From a virus, in UHGV virus genome UHGV-0087839: a DNA stretch of 37,264 bases, one strand, 5' to 3'. Under the pieces are notes generated by a model. That model did not search any database, was not told where the DNA came from, and saw only the letters and a list, made by a program, of their open reading frames with translations. The translations under genes were made by a program, and so were the position numbers. Within the stretch, counting starts at the first letter, position 1, and each line of letters starts with the position of its first letter. This document shows positions 17,456 to 26,992 of this stretch, piece by piece.

Positions 17456-17775
17456 TCGTCCTTCTCCTTCACCCTGCGATTAAAGGCTGCAATAACCTTG
17501 TCGCGTGCTTTCTCTGCGCCCATAAAACCGATTGATGCGCCGATAAACGTCACGGCATCTTCAGGAAAACCGAAGAAGCGCAACGACCCGGCCACGGCCA
17601 TGGCAAGAACGCCGCACGCCAGCGATCCCGTTACGGTCTGAACCAGTGTTCGTCCGTCATAAAGACTCATCAGCGCGGAAATGCTGACCGCCGCGCCTAC
17701 TGCATACACCGTTGGCAGGTGGTCAAAGAGCCACGCAATAACCTGCTCTGTGATCCCTGTTTGAATGGTGCTCAC
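17452..17775 (-). CDS. Putative holin
   Basis: GTG start preceded by GGGGGGAG, directly after the X stop; about 107 aa with two to three hydrophobic segments and a charged C-terminus; ATGA overlap with the endolysin start. Confidence 0.55.
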   Translation of the reverse strand: MSTIQTGITEQVIAWLFDHLPTVYAVGAAVSISALMSLYDGRTLVQTVTGSLACGVLAMAVAGSLRFFGFPEDAVTFIGASIGFMGAEKARDKVIAAFNRRVKEKDE

Positions 17776-17777
17776 TG

Positions 17778-17978
17778 CTACTCCCCCCACAACTGAATCA
17801 TTTCTCGTTTCTTCTTCTCCGGCTCCGGCATCTCCACTTCCTGCCCGGCGTCCAGAAATACCTGCTGACAGAGTCCGGGGTTGGCATCCAGCACCTTTTC
17901 GGTGACGCCCTGCATCGTGCCGTAGTACCGGAAACAGAGCGAATCCACGGTGTCGCCTTCCAGTGCCTTCACTTTCAT
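17778..17978 (-). CDS. X: Tail protein gpX (LysM-like)
   Basis: MKVKALEGDTVDSLCFRYYG...ANPGL resembles P2 gpX; start overlaps the L stop (TGATG). Confidence 0.85.
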   Translation of the reverse strand: MKVKALEGDTVDSLCFRYYGTMQGVTEKVLDANPGLCQQVFLDAGQEVEMPEPEKKKREMIQLWGE

Positions 17979-18481
17979 CAGCACAACTCCGCAAAGATTC
18001 GCGGGCGGCACAGAATGTCAGAGATGGCCCAGCTCACATCGCGCCACAAATCCGATGTCTGTATATCCAGTGCGTCCGCCCGGCGGTCGCCCTTGTCCGT
18101 TGTGTCCGCATCGCGGTAACGCTCCAGAATCAGGGCGCGTGTGGCGGTGTAAACCGCATTGCGCCAGTGCCAGAGATTGACGCTTTCTCCGTTAATTACG
18201 GGTGCCGGAACATCGGCCAGCGTCTGATGGCCAGCCGCCTGCTGTTCCTGCTGCCACGCTTCCAGCTCGCGGGTAACGTGTGCCACGGCCCCGGTGGCGG
18301 TATGCAGCAGGCGGGAGGTGGTCACACGGCCCGGCAGTCGTACCGCCAGACGCAGTTCACGCAGCACAATATCCGGCCAGAATGCACCCGCTGAAATACG
18401 GGTATCACCATCATCGGTATCGGTGATGTCGTCCTCTGCGGGTCCGGGGTTGGTTCTGGCAACCATACTCATGGGGTTCAC
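17978..18481 (-). CDS. L: Head completion/stabilisation protein gpL
   Basis: 167 aa, position and size as P2 gpL. Confidence 0.8.
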   Translation of the reverse strand: MNPMSMVARTNPGPAEDDITDTDDGDTRISAGAFWPDIVLRELRLAVRLPGRVTTSRLLHTATGAVAHVTRELEAWQQEQQAAGHQTLADVPAPVINGESVNLWHWRNAVYTATRALILERYRDADTTDKGDRRADALDIQTSDLWRDVSWAISDILCRPRIFAELC

Positions 18482-18573
18482 TCCTGAAAAAATCGGGCGG
18501 TGGGTGCGCGGTGTAAACGGTCACGGAGTCAAACCAGAACACCGCGCACGCCGCCCGCTGACGGGGTCAGTCG

Positions 18574-19374
18574 TTAACCGCGCTTCGCCTTCTGCGTCGC
18601 GGTGGTTTTTCGTGTTGCAGGCTTCCGCGTTGTCTTTTTACTTTTGCTGCTTTCGTCCTGCGCCTGCTGTGCGCTGGCGTCTTCTGGTGCGGCTGCGGAA
18701 TCGGCTTTTTTCAGGGCGCGGGAAAGGGTTGCAATCTCGCGTTTCACACCTGCGTTCGGGTTCAGGTGCATTGCTTCGCGCAGCAGCTTCAGTGACAGGG
18801 CCATGCTGTCCGCATCACTCAGGCCACGGCGGGCAAAGGCGCACGCTTTGCATAATTTGGCGCGCACTTCGTCCGGCATGTCCTGGTCGGTGACAATCTC
18901 CCGGAGGGTGTCCAATGGTTCGATAAAGGCGGACAAATCCGCGTCGGCATCCGTCCCGGCCTGCGTCAGTACCGGATTACAGATTTCTTCGGTCAGTACC
19001 GTGGCAGCAGTACGGCCAAAGTTATCCGGCATGATGAGGTTGTGACGGACCACATACGCGCCGATACGCAGCGCAAGCGGAAGATCGCCACAGTCAATCG
19101 CCCACACCATCAGCGTGGCAATCACTTCATCCTGCTGCCCGCCGTCAGCCTCCAGCGTTCCCTCAATCCAGCCGGAAAAATCCGGCAACAACTCTTTTTT
19201 GATGGCGGCTTTCGCGCTTCTGGCCTGTACGCCCTTAAGCCGGGCTTGTGCCAGACGCAGACGATACAGCACCTCTTCATGCGCGGTACGCGCGGCGTGG
19301 TCCACGCCTTCATTCGCCCGGCCTGCGCGCTGTGCCATCACGTTCTGCCAGTGTTGCTGTGCAGGAGTAATCAT
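18574..19374 (-). CDS. M: Terminase small (endonuclease) subunit gpM
   Basis: 266 aa between N and L, as in P2. Confidence 0.8.
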   Translation of the reverse strand: MITPAQQHWQNVMAQRAGRANEGVDHAARTAHEEVLYRLRLAQARLKGVQARSAKAAIKKELLPDFSGWIEGTLEADGGQQDEVIATLMVWAIDCGDLPLALRIGAYVVRHNLIMPDNFGRTAATVLTEEICNPVLTQAGTDADADLSAFIEPLDTLREIVTDQDMPDEVRAKLCKACAFARRGLSDADSMALSLKLLREAMHLNPNAGVKREIATLSRALKKADSAAAPEDASAQQAQDESSKSKKTTRKPATRKTTATQKAKRG

Positions 19375-19419
19375 TTGTTCTCTCCGTTACTGGCGGGCAT
19401 GATGCCCGCCGTGAGTTGA

Positions 19420-20472
19420 TTAGCTGTCGGCGAACTTCAGGCCAGTGACCATCGCGCACTTGCCATAGTCTTCAACGACATAAGCGTCATTGATGGACTG
19501 GTAGGTGGCGATGCGGTTGTATTCCGGCTCGTCTTTCATCAGGCGACGCATTGAACCTTTCTGCCAGTAAATCGACAGGTTGTTGAACGAGGTGATCAGC
19601 ATCGTTGCATCCGGGAAGAACGGTGCAAGGAACACGCCCAGCCCGCCAATGGTGCGCGATGACAGGATGAGCTGCCCGGCAAGTAATTCCGCATTGGGAT
19701 TCTGGCCGCTGATGCTGTTCAGCACGGGCAGGCGCAGCGAGTTAAACAGGTTGCGCCCCATAATCACCACAAGGTCGTCAGCTTCCTTGTGCCATTCATC
19801 CAGCAGGGATGAACGCGCGTCCTGTACCAGTGCATCAGCGTTCGCATACTTACCCGCGTGCGCCACGGTGTTGTCCATGTTGCGGGAGGTCAGCGTCACG
19901 TCATTCATAACGCGTTCGCTGGCGTCGGTTCTGATGTGCTCCAGCCATCCCACGTTAACGTCCTGAAGCAGCTTGTTGGTGCTGAAGTTGGACTCATCCG
20001 CGTGAGACGTGCCGTTGAAACCAATCATGATGCGGTCAAGCGCCACCTGCCGGGCAATCTGTGCGCTGATGCGGGACTGAAAATCAGGATGTGCCGCCCA
20101 GGCATCAAGCTGCGGATATGAAATAAACGTGTCGTAGTTCACCTGTTCGCACTGGTATTTGCGGTTTTTCAGATCAACCACGTTATTCGGGTTACGGCGT
20201 TTTGTGCCGTCATAACTGGTATTCGTGCGTGCAATTGGCCCGGTGGTGTCCAGGAGGATTTTTTCGCCTTTCTGGTCGGTCACGCCGATCACGTTAATTC
20301 TTTTTGTAAATTCGGTGCTTTCCTTTGAGGCGTTTTCAAAACGCTGCTGCACCGAGGGTTCCACGGTAAATCGCGATACCAGTGCGGAAACCGGAATATT
20401 ATTAAGCGACGCCTGCTGCGCCATATAGCAACCCAGCTTGTTGCGGGTAATATCTGACATCACCAGATTCAT
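19420..20472 (-). CDS. N: Major capsid protein gpN
   Basis: 350 aa, position and size as P2 gpN. Confidence 0.85.
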   Translation of the reverse strand: MNLVMSDITRNKLGCYMAQQASLNNIPVSALVSRFTVEPSVQQRFENASKESTEFTKRINVIGVTDQKGEKILLDTTGPIARTNTSYDGTKRRNPNNVVDLKNRKYQCEQVNYDTFISYPQLDAWAAHPDFQSRISAQIARQVALDRIMIGFNGTSHADESNFSTNKLLQDVNVGWLEHIRTDASERVMNDVTLTSRNMDNTVAHAGKYANADALVQDARSSLLDEWHKEADDLVVIMGRNLFNSLRLPVLNSISGQNPNAELLAGQLILSSRTIGGLGVFLAPFFPDATMLITSFNNLSIYWQKGSMRRLMKDEPEYNRIATYQSINDAYVVEDYGKCAMVTGLKFADS

Positions 20473-20495
20473 AAAAAATTTGCTCCTTTGTCTTA

Positions 20496-21365
20496 TCAGA
20501 AGTCAGCCAGCTGGTCGGAGGCTGCACCTGTTGCGGTGAACCGGTTCTGCGGATCGCCGTCCTGCGTGCGCAGTTTTTCCTTCAGTGCTGCCAGCTCTGT
20601 GGTCAGTGACGTAATTTTCTGGCGGTCCTGCTGATGGCGGGTTTCCAGCACATTAAAACGGTCGATAATGTCGGCCTGTGACGTTGCGACGCCTTCCACC
20701 GCTTCCTGAATACGGGAAAAACTGGCGTCATCCGCTTTGCGGCCACGGCCAATAATCCCCATTACGCGGTTAAACCACTGGGTGCCTTCTTCCTGGCGTT
20801 GTTCTGCCATTTCGATGATTTCAGACTCGATGGCTTCGGAGATAAGCGGCGCTTCACCCTGGATACTGTTGAACGTCATCACCGCCTGACGTTGCTGTGC
20901 CGTGAATTTCAGGCGCTCAGTGCCCAGGCTTGCCGGGGTGTCGGTCATCGCCAGCCCGACCAGATAGGCGCGCCCGTTAACGGAGAACTGCGGGTGCAGT
21001 TCGATACTGGAATAGATTTTCTTGCCGTCCGCGACAAGCTGCTTCATGCGCTCGGTCGGTTCGATTTCTGCATACAGCGCAGTACGTCCGGCCAGCGGAC
21101 CTTCCGTAATGTCTTCCGTACTCAGTGCGGTGACATCGCCCATTGCGGAAAATTCGCTTGACGGGCATGGCGAGAGATAGTGCTCAACGTTCACGCGGGC
21201 AGCGTAAACATCCGGGTCGAAGTTCTCGGCGGCTTCACGCAGATGCACCGGACTGATTTCACGGCCATCAACAGTTGATCCGGAGACAGCCACGCGAAAC
21301 TTTTTGCGGGATGTCTTTTTTTCATTAGCCATAGTTTTTGCCCCTCTGACTGGTTCTTCAGTCAT
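20496..21365 (-). CDS. O: Capsid scaffolding protein gpO
   Basis: 289 aa, divergent from P as in P2. Confidence 0.8.
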   Translation of the reverse strand: MTEEPVRGAKTMANEKKTSRKKFRVAVSGSTVDGREISPVHLREAAENFDPDVYAARVNVEHYLSPCPSSEFSAMGDVTALSTEDITEGPLAGRTALYAEIEPTERMKQLVADGKKIYSSIELHPQFSVNGRAYLVGLAMTDTPASLGTERLKFTAQQRQAVMTFNSIQGEAPLISEAIESEIIEMAEQRQEEGTQWFNRVMGIIGRGRKADDASFSRIQEAVEGVATSQADIIDRFNVLETRHQQDRQKITSLTTELAALKEKLRTQDGDPQNRFTATGAASDQLADF

Positions 21366-21486
21366 GATGGCAAAGCGTAACAGGCTGATACAAAGGGCTT
21401 TTGTTGTAAGAAAACGGCCAGAACAGGGGGTTAAGGAGAACAGTTTCGCGCGCGGGTAATCTTCCTGTAATTACTCAGGGGGAGCA
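21366..21486. promoter_or_regulatory. Divergent late promoter region between O and P (Ogr-dependent promoters expected)
   Basis: 121-bp intergenic region between divergent late operons; only imperfect TGT...ACA dyads seen, so sites are not pinpointed. Confidence 0.35.
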
Positions 21487-23238
21487 ATGATTCAGGACGC
21501 TTTTGTGCGCCAGCGTGCGCGGCAACTTTACTGGCAGGGTTATCCGCCCGCAGAAATATCACGTCTGATGGGAATAAACCCGAACACGATTTATGCGTGG
21601 AAAAAACGTGACCAGTGGGATGAAACGCCACCCGTGCAGCGTGTCACGCAGTCCATCGATGCGCGCCTCATCCAGCTTACTGAAAAACAGAATAAAACAG
21701 GCGGTGACTTTAAGGAAATAGACCTGCTGACCCGGCAGCTTAAAAAGCTGCATGATGGCCAGCCGGATGCGACGGCCGCAGGAAAGAAAGGCCGGGCGAA
21801 AAAACTCAAAAATCATTTCACGCCGGAACAGATTGCCGCACTGCGGGAAAAAATCATCAGCAGGCTGGAGTGGCATCAGCGGGGCTGGTTTGACTCCCTG
21901 ACCCTTTGCAGGGAAGCCGGGATACGTAACAGGATGATCCTGAAATCCCGACAGATTGGGGCGACCTGGTATTTTGCACAGGAAGCACTGCTGATGGCGC
22001 TGCGTGACGATGTGGCGCAACCTTACCAGCGTAACCAGATTTTTTTGTCTGCGTCGCGTCGTCAGGCGTTCCAGTTTAAAAGCATTATTCAGAAGGCCGC
22101 GGCTGAAGTTGATGTGGAGCTGAAAGGGGGCGATAAAATCATCCTCTCCAACGGCGCAGAGCTGCATTTTCTCGGCACTTCTGCTGCGTCGGCACAGTCC
22201 TATACGGGCAATTTTTATTTTGATGAATTTTTCTGGGTCAGTCGCTTTGCTGAACTGCGCAAGGTGGCTGGCGCTATGGCAACCCTCAGCGGACTGCGGC
22301 GCACCTACTTCTCCACGCCATCCACCGAAACGCACGAGGCATACGCCTACTGGAACGGCGACCGCTGGAATGAGAAAAAGGCCTCGCATAAACGCCAGCG
22401 TTTTTCTGTGGACTGGAAAACGCTGCATAACGGGCTTATCTGCCCTGACCGGACGTGGCGGCAAATTGTCACGCTGGAAGATGTGGTTAATCACGGCTGG
22501 AAACACACTGATATCGACGAAATTCGTGATGAAAACACCGAAGACGAGTTCCTCAATCTCTATATGTGTGAGTTTGTCCGCGAAGGGGAATCGGCATTTA
22601 ACCTGAATATCCTGATTGGCTGCGGTGTTGACGGATACGACGACTGGAAAGACTGGAAACCTTTTGCTCCCCGCCCGATGGGGAATCGTCCGGTATGGAT
22701 TGGGTATGACGCAAACGGCAGTAGTGGCAACGGCGACAGCGGCGCTGTGTCCGTGGTGGTTCCTCCGGCTGTTCCTGGTGGCCGTTTTCGAACGGTGGAG
22801 ACGCGACGCGTTCAGGGGCTGGAGTTTGAAGAACAGGCCAGAGTCATTGAAGAGTTCACGTATCGCTACAACGTGGAACACATCGGCATTGATGTGACGG
22901 GCGGGAACGGGGAGGCTGTTTATCAGATAGTGAAACGGTTTTTCCCTGCTGCTATTCCGTACACCTTCACGCTGTCATCAAAACGGTCGCTGGTACTGAA
23001 AATGCTGCAAATAATGCGTGCCGGGCGGTGGGAATACGATCGCGCCGAACGCGAGCTGGTCGCGGCCTTTAACGCCGTGCGTAAGGTGAAAACACCGGGC
23101 GGCTTTATCACTTACGAAACGGACCGCGCGAGGGGGATCAGCCACGGCGACCTTGCGTGGGCAACCATGCTTGCTGTCATTAACGAACCGATTGGCGGCG
23201 AAGGAGAAAACGAGCGTTTCACGGTTATGGAGTTCTGA
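21487..23238 (+). CDS. P: Terminase large (ATPase) subunit gpP
   Basis: 583 aa, position and size as P2 gpP. Confidence 0.85.
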   Translation: MIQDAFVRQRARQLYWQGYPPAEISRLMGINPNTIYAWKKRDQWDETPPVQRVTQSIDARLIQLTEKQNKTGGDFKEIDLLTRQLKKLHDGQPDATAAGKKGRAKKLKNHFTPEQIAALREKIISRLEWHQRGWFDSLTLCREAGIRNRMILKSRQIGATWYFAQEALLMALRDDVAQPYQRNQIFLSASRRQAFQFKSIIQKAAAEVDVELKGGDKIILSNGAELHFLGTSAASAQSYTGNFYFDEFFWVSRFAELRKVAGAMATLSGLRRTYFSTPSTETHEAYAYWNGDRWNEKKASHKRQRFSVDWKTLHNGLICPDRTWRQIVTLEDVVNHGWKHTDIDEIRDENTEDEFLNLYMCEFVREGESAFNLNILIGCGVDGYDDWKDWKPFAPRPMGNRPVWIGYDANGSSGNGDSGAVSVVVPPAVPGGRFRTVETRRVQGLEFEEQARVIEEFTYRYNVEHIGIDVTGGNGEAVYQIVKRFFPAAIPYTFTLSSKRSLVLKMLQIMRAGRWEYDRAERELVAAFNAVRKVKTPGGFITYETDRARGISHGDLAWATMLAVINEPIGGEGENERFTVMEF

Positions 23239-24284
23239 TGAGCAGAAAAAACAAAAAAGTGCGCATGAGTTCACGCATTGATCTCGCTGATGCGCTCAGG
23301 AAAGAATCATCGCTCAGTGCATTCACATTTGATGGTCCTTATCGCCTGACTGGGCATGACCTGCTGGACAATATGTACTGTGCTGATAACGGGCGGTGGT
23401 ATGAAACCCCGGTGGACTGGTACGGTCTGGCAAGAGCAGCCCGGCAAACGTCCTGGCATCAGTCTGCGCTTTACTTTAAGCGCAATGTATTACTCGGTTG
23501 CTACATCCCGCACCCGCTGCTTTCCCGGCAGGATTTCTCGGCGCTGGCGCTGGACTGGTTTGTGTTCGGTAATGCATTCCTTGAGCTTCGAAGCAATATG
23601 CTCGGCGAACCGCTTAAATTACGGCACGCCCTGGCGAAATACATGCGACGCGGAAGCGATCTTGAATCATGGTGGTATGTGCAGGATGGTAAGGACGCGT
23701 TTCAGTTTCGCCCTGGCAAAGTATGCCACCTGATGAATCCGGATATTAACCAGGAAATCTACGGCATGCCGGAATATCTTGGCGCATTACTCTCGGCCAG
23801 CCTTTCTCATTCGGCGGACATGTTCAGAAAACTGTACTACGACAACGGATCCCACGCCGGGTGCATCATCTACATCGGTGCAGCGCAGGTAAACCGCGAA
23901 AGCATGGACTCCCTGAAAGAAACGTTACAGGGTGCGCGTGGTGGTGGTGCATTTAAAAACGTGCTCATTCATGCGCCCAACGGGGGCAAAGAGGGGGTGC
24001 AAATTTTGCCGTTCCAGCAGATCACCGCAAAGGATGAGTTCATGAATGTTAAGGCGGCATCCCGTGATGATGTACTGGCTGCGCACCGCGTTCCGCCGCA
24101 ACTGATGGGGGCGATGCCGGGCGAAAAAAGTGCGTTTGGTGATGTGGAGAAGGCCGCGCGGGTTTATGCAATTAACGAGCTGATGCCCGTTATGGAGGCT
24201 ATGAAGCACATCAATGACTGGCTTGGCGAAGAGGTGATCCGCTTTAACCCTTACGCACTGTTAGACACCCAGCCCACATCCTGA
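23238..24284 (+). CDS. Q: Portal protein gpQ
   Basis: 348 aa; start overlaps the P stop. Confidence 0.85.
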   Translation: MSRKNKKVRMSSRIDLADALRKESSLSAFTFDGPYRLTGHDLLDNMYCADNGRWYETPVDWYGLARAARQTSWHQSALYFKRNVLLGCYIPHPLLSRQDFSALALDWFVFGNAFLELRSNMLGEPLKLRHALAKYMRRGSDLESWWYVQDGKDAFQFRPGKVCHLMNPDINQEIYGMPEYLGALLSASLSHSADMFRKLYYDNGSHAGCIIYIGAAQVNRESMDSLKETLQGARGGGAFKNVLIHAPNGGKEGVQILPFQQITAKDEFMNVKAASRDDVLAAHRVPPQLMGAMPGEKSAFGDVEKAARVYAINELMPVMEAMKHINDWLGEEVIRFNPYALLDTQPTS

Positions 24285-24310
24285 CGCGCTTCGCTTGTCT
24301 GCTGCTTCGT

Positions 24311-24335
24311 CGGGGCATAAAAAATTTATGCCCCG
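24311..24335. other. Perfect palindrome GGGGCATAAAAAATTTATGCCCC just downstream of Q (hairpin; cos-proximal)
   Basis: Read directly; 10-bp arms. cos is expected in 24285..24780 by synteny but the cohesive-end sequence was not recognised. Confidence 0.4.
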
Positions 24336-24613
24336 ACTCTCCAGCTCCTGTATCAATCAGATAATTTCACGACGTCTTCCAGCTTATCGCCATCATCGAC
24401 GGTCAGGCTCTTACGCAATCCCACCGCGTTGACTGCATGTTCTCGCCGCCTCAGTGCGATTTTGACGGCCTTATCTGTCACCCCATCAAATCAAAAGCCC
24501 TCACGTCTTTTTCACGCTCAGCGTGAGAAATACAGCCATTCTGTTGTGTCGCTGCGACATCGTTCAGGGGATGCTATTTACCCCCTGAAACGCGGGCTGT
24601 TCCCCCGTCACCT

Positions 24614-24638
24614 GCGCGCAGAAAAAGCGCGTTTTTTT
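24614..24638 (+). terminator. Rho-independent terminator (GC stem + T7)
   Basis: CGCGC-AGAAAAA-GCGCG followed by TTTTTTT on the plus strand. Confidence 0.5.
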
Positions 24639-24764
24639 GTGCACGCACGGATCCCTGACGGATCCAGCCGCCACGCGGGCCAGAAGGGCAAAAATTCGTT
24701 CAAAAAATTGTGCAAATTTGTGCACTATCGTGCATGTAAATTCATAAAAAAATTACAGAAAAAA

Positions 24765-24780
24765 GGCCGCTTTCGCGGCC
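24765..24780 (-). terminator. Rho-independent terminator downstream of the S8 protease gene
   Basis: GGCCGC-GAAA-GCGGCC followed by TTTTTT on the minus strand, 8 nt after the protease stop. Confidence 0.55.
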
Positions 24781-24787
24781 ATAAAAA

Positions 24788-26992
24788 TTACGTGTCGAGA
24801 GAAATTTGTGTGCGCAGTTGAATAGGATTCAGAATTGTATATCGCTGGCGAATAACATTATATAAATCAAAGTCTTTTACCCTTACGCTTATTACCATCG
24901 CATATCGCATATCAGGGGCTGAAACTCCCTTAACATGGCGCGAAGAATCTCGGGCATGATACCGTATATCAAAAACTGGATCGCTTAATAATGTATCAGC
25001 ACTGAACTTTTTGCTTCTGTGCAAACAAGTTTCCCACTTATGACCTTCACTCCTACACTCCCTTTCAGTCTTATACTGGCTTTTTTGACCAAAGAAATCA
25101 TCTGTATCGGTATCGTCAAGGCCGAATCTTGGGCGGAAAGTTACCTGCATACCGGCCCTTGTATAGTTTACTGAATGTTCAGGATCTACTGGGGTTTGAA
25201 TGCATAAAGTAGCGGTAAGCTCAAATGCTTCGTCAAAGGGAACATCAGGGAATGGGATCGGTGCCCTTAAATATTTATTTTTTGCTAATGAACCATAGTA
25301 AATTACTGTAGCAGTATCATTTGGACAATCGATTAAAACGTTAGGATCCTCACTAAACCGTCCCCAACCGATATGTTCACGCGAATATTTTCTTGATGTT
25401 TCAGCATGATGAACAAGCAACGCTTTCAATGCAATGGTGTTCAATGGAGTTCCTGATAGAGCCGCAACTCCAGCGGCCGTTCTCAATGCTAATGGAGAGG
25501 CATAACTGGTTCCTTGAACTCCAACTATAGAACCAAGCAGAGGGTTGTAAGTGTAAAAAGGCTCGTCGTCGCTTCCACCAAAAATAACACCATCAGGTTT
25601 AACGAATCCGGGGCTTCTGCCTGGCCCAATACAGCTATATGGTGCCCGCCCCCATTTTTCATCGCTACGATCAGCAGCACCAATCGCTAGCGCGTTTACC
25701 ATATCAGAAGGAGGTTGTATTCTCGCTGCATCACCGTCCTCATTGCCATCATTCCCAACAGCAACAGTAAGTAATATCCCATGTTTAGCACAGATTTGGT
25801 CTAAAACAGCAGTCCATACATGAACCTCATCATCACCAATTGGAAGATGAGGACCAATACTTAGATTAGCGAACTTATAGTCACCACTATCAAGAACGGA
25901 CTGTATTTTCTTAAGGACATCAAATAAATCCCAATTGCCATTGTCACCTGATGTCGGTGAAAGAACTCTATAATGATCTACATTCATAAACGGTCTTTTA
26001 AAAGAAGGTGCATTTTCCTCGACACGTCCGAATAAGAAAGTGGATGTCACTTCATTACCGTGCTGCAATAATAATCCGCTTGTTTCTTTGGTGTCTGGAT
26101 ACACGTATTCCGTAACCCAATTACTCAAGTCAGCTGTCCCCAAGCCACCATCAAAAATGGCAATACGTTCGGATTCAAGAACAGCTTTAGAATTAGGGAG
26201 CTCCGGTGTAACTATATTAGATAACTTTCTGACAATGTTCGGCTGAGTACACCTGAGAGACGGCATCGGCCGCACAACGCGGATTAATGAAAAATCGAGT
26301 GTTTTTTTCATATCTTCAGGTCGCGCGTGTGCAACGATGAAAGTCAGCCCACCAACTTGGATTCTACTTTTGTAATCAACAGAGACATCATATTGTGCCG
26401 CATAGCTAATATAGGCTTTAACGATATCATCGTCTTCAACCCCAGCATGAAGAACCACTTCAAATTTTATCAAATCACTTTTCGCATGCTCAAAATTGCG
26501 TGCTCTCTCTTTTCCTTCAAAAAAGCTAACACTTTCAATTTCGATCAAATCCTTTTGTACGCCCTTCGGAGCTGTAGGGGAATTTAAAATTTCCTTAAAT
26601 CTTATAACGGCATCATCATCACCGCTAACAAACAGTTGCGCCGTTACTAAGTCCTTATTCTGATCGCACTGACGTGCCGCTTTCCGTGGGCGAATGATTA
26701 CCTGACGGCTACCGACATCCCGTAAACCTGTCGCTCTAAGCAATCCTTCCGGAAAGTAGCTTTTACCCAAAAACGCTGGGTGTAAAGTTAAATTGAATAC
26801 ACTCTCCCCCCTTGGCTTAGCCGCATCATCCAAACTGCGAAAGCGTGAGAGTAAAGTATCAATCTCTGGGTTTAAATGCTCCCTTACTTCTTCAAGAGTA
26901 TAGGGATAGCGCTTACCATCCCTTCCTTTAGGCAAAGGTTCCTTTTTTGTCAGAACATGACCGTTACCTAAAAGTAAGTTCCTTTCCATCAT
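24788..26992 (-). CDS. Subtilisin-like serine protease (peptidase S8) with N- and C-terminal extensions
   Basis: 734 aa; ordered Asp (IAIFDGG), His (VHVW) and Ser (GTSYASP) catalytic motifs plus oxyanion GN; AT-rich; start overlaps the upstream ATPase stop (ATGA). Confidence 0.8.
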   Translation of the reverse strand: MMERNLLLGNGHVLTKKEPLPKGRDGKRYPYTLEEVREHLNPEIDTLLSRFRSLDDAAKPRGESVFNLTLHPAFLGKSYFPEGLLRATGLRDVGSRQVIIRPRKAARQCDQNKDLVTAQLFVSGDDDAVIRFKEILNSPTAPKGVQKDLIEIESVSFFEGKERARNFEHAKSDLIKFEVVLHAGVEDDDIVKAYISYAAQYDVSVDYKSRIQVGGLTFIVAHARPEDMKKTLDFSLIRVVRPMPSLRCTQPNIVRKLSNIVTPELPNSKAVLESERIAIFDGGLGTADLSNWVTEYVYPDTKETSGLLLQHGNEVTSTFLFGRVEENAPSFKRPFMNVDHYRVLSPTSGDNGNWDLFDVLKKIQSVLDSGDYKFANLSIGPHLPIGDDEVHVWTAVLDQICAKHGILLTVAVGNDGNEDGDAARIQPPSDMVNALAIGAADRSDEKWGRAPYSCIGPGRSPGFVKPDGVIFGGSDDEPFYTYNPLLGSIVGVQGTSYASPLALRTAAGVAALSGTPLNTIALKALLVHHAETSRKYSREHIGWGRFSEDPNVLIDCPNDTATVIYYGSLAKNKYLRAPIPFPDVPFDEAFELTATLCIQTPVDPEHSVNYTRAGMQVTFRPRFGLDDTDTDDFFGQKSQYKTERECRSEGHKWETCLHRSKKFSADTLLSDPVFDIRYHARDSSRHVKGVSAPDMRYAMVISVRVKDFDLYNVIRQRYTILNPIQLRTQISLDT

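Noticed and set aside
21559-22881. 440-aa minus-strand ORF inside terminase gene P
   Set aside because: Entirely antisense to the gpP coding region; no independent signals; typical shadow ORF.
24429-24821. 130-aa plus-strand ORF in the cos region
   Set aside because: Runs through two predicted terminators and a palindromic region; composition is not coding-like; more likely non-coding packaging/regulatory DNA.
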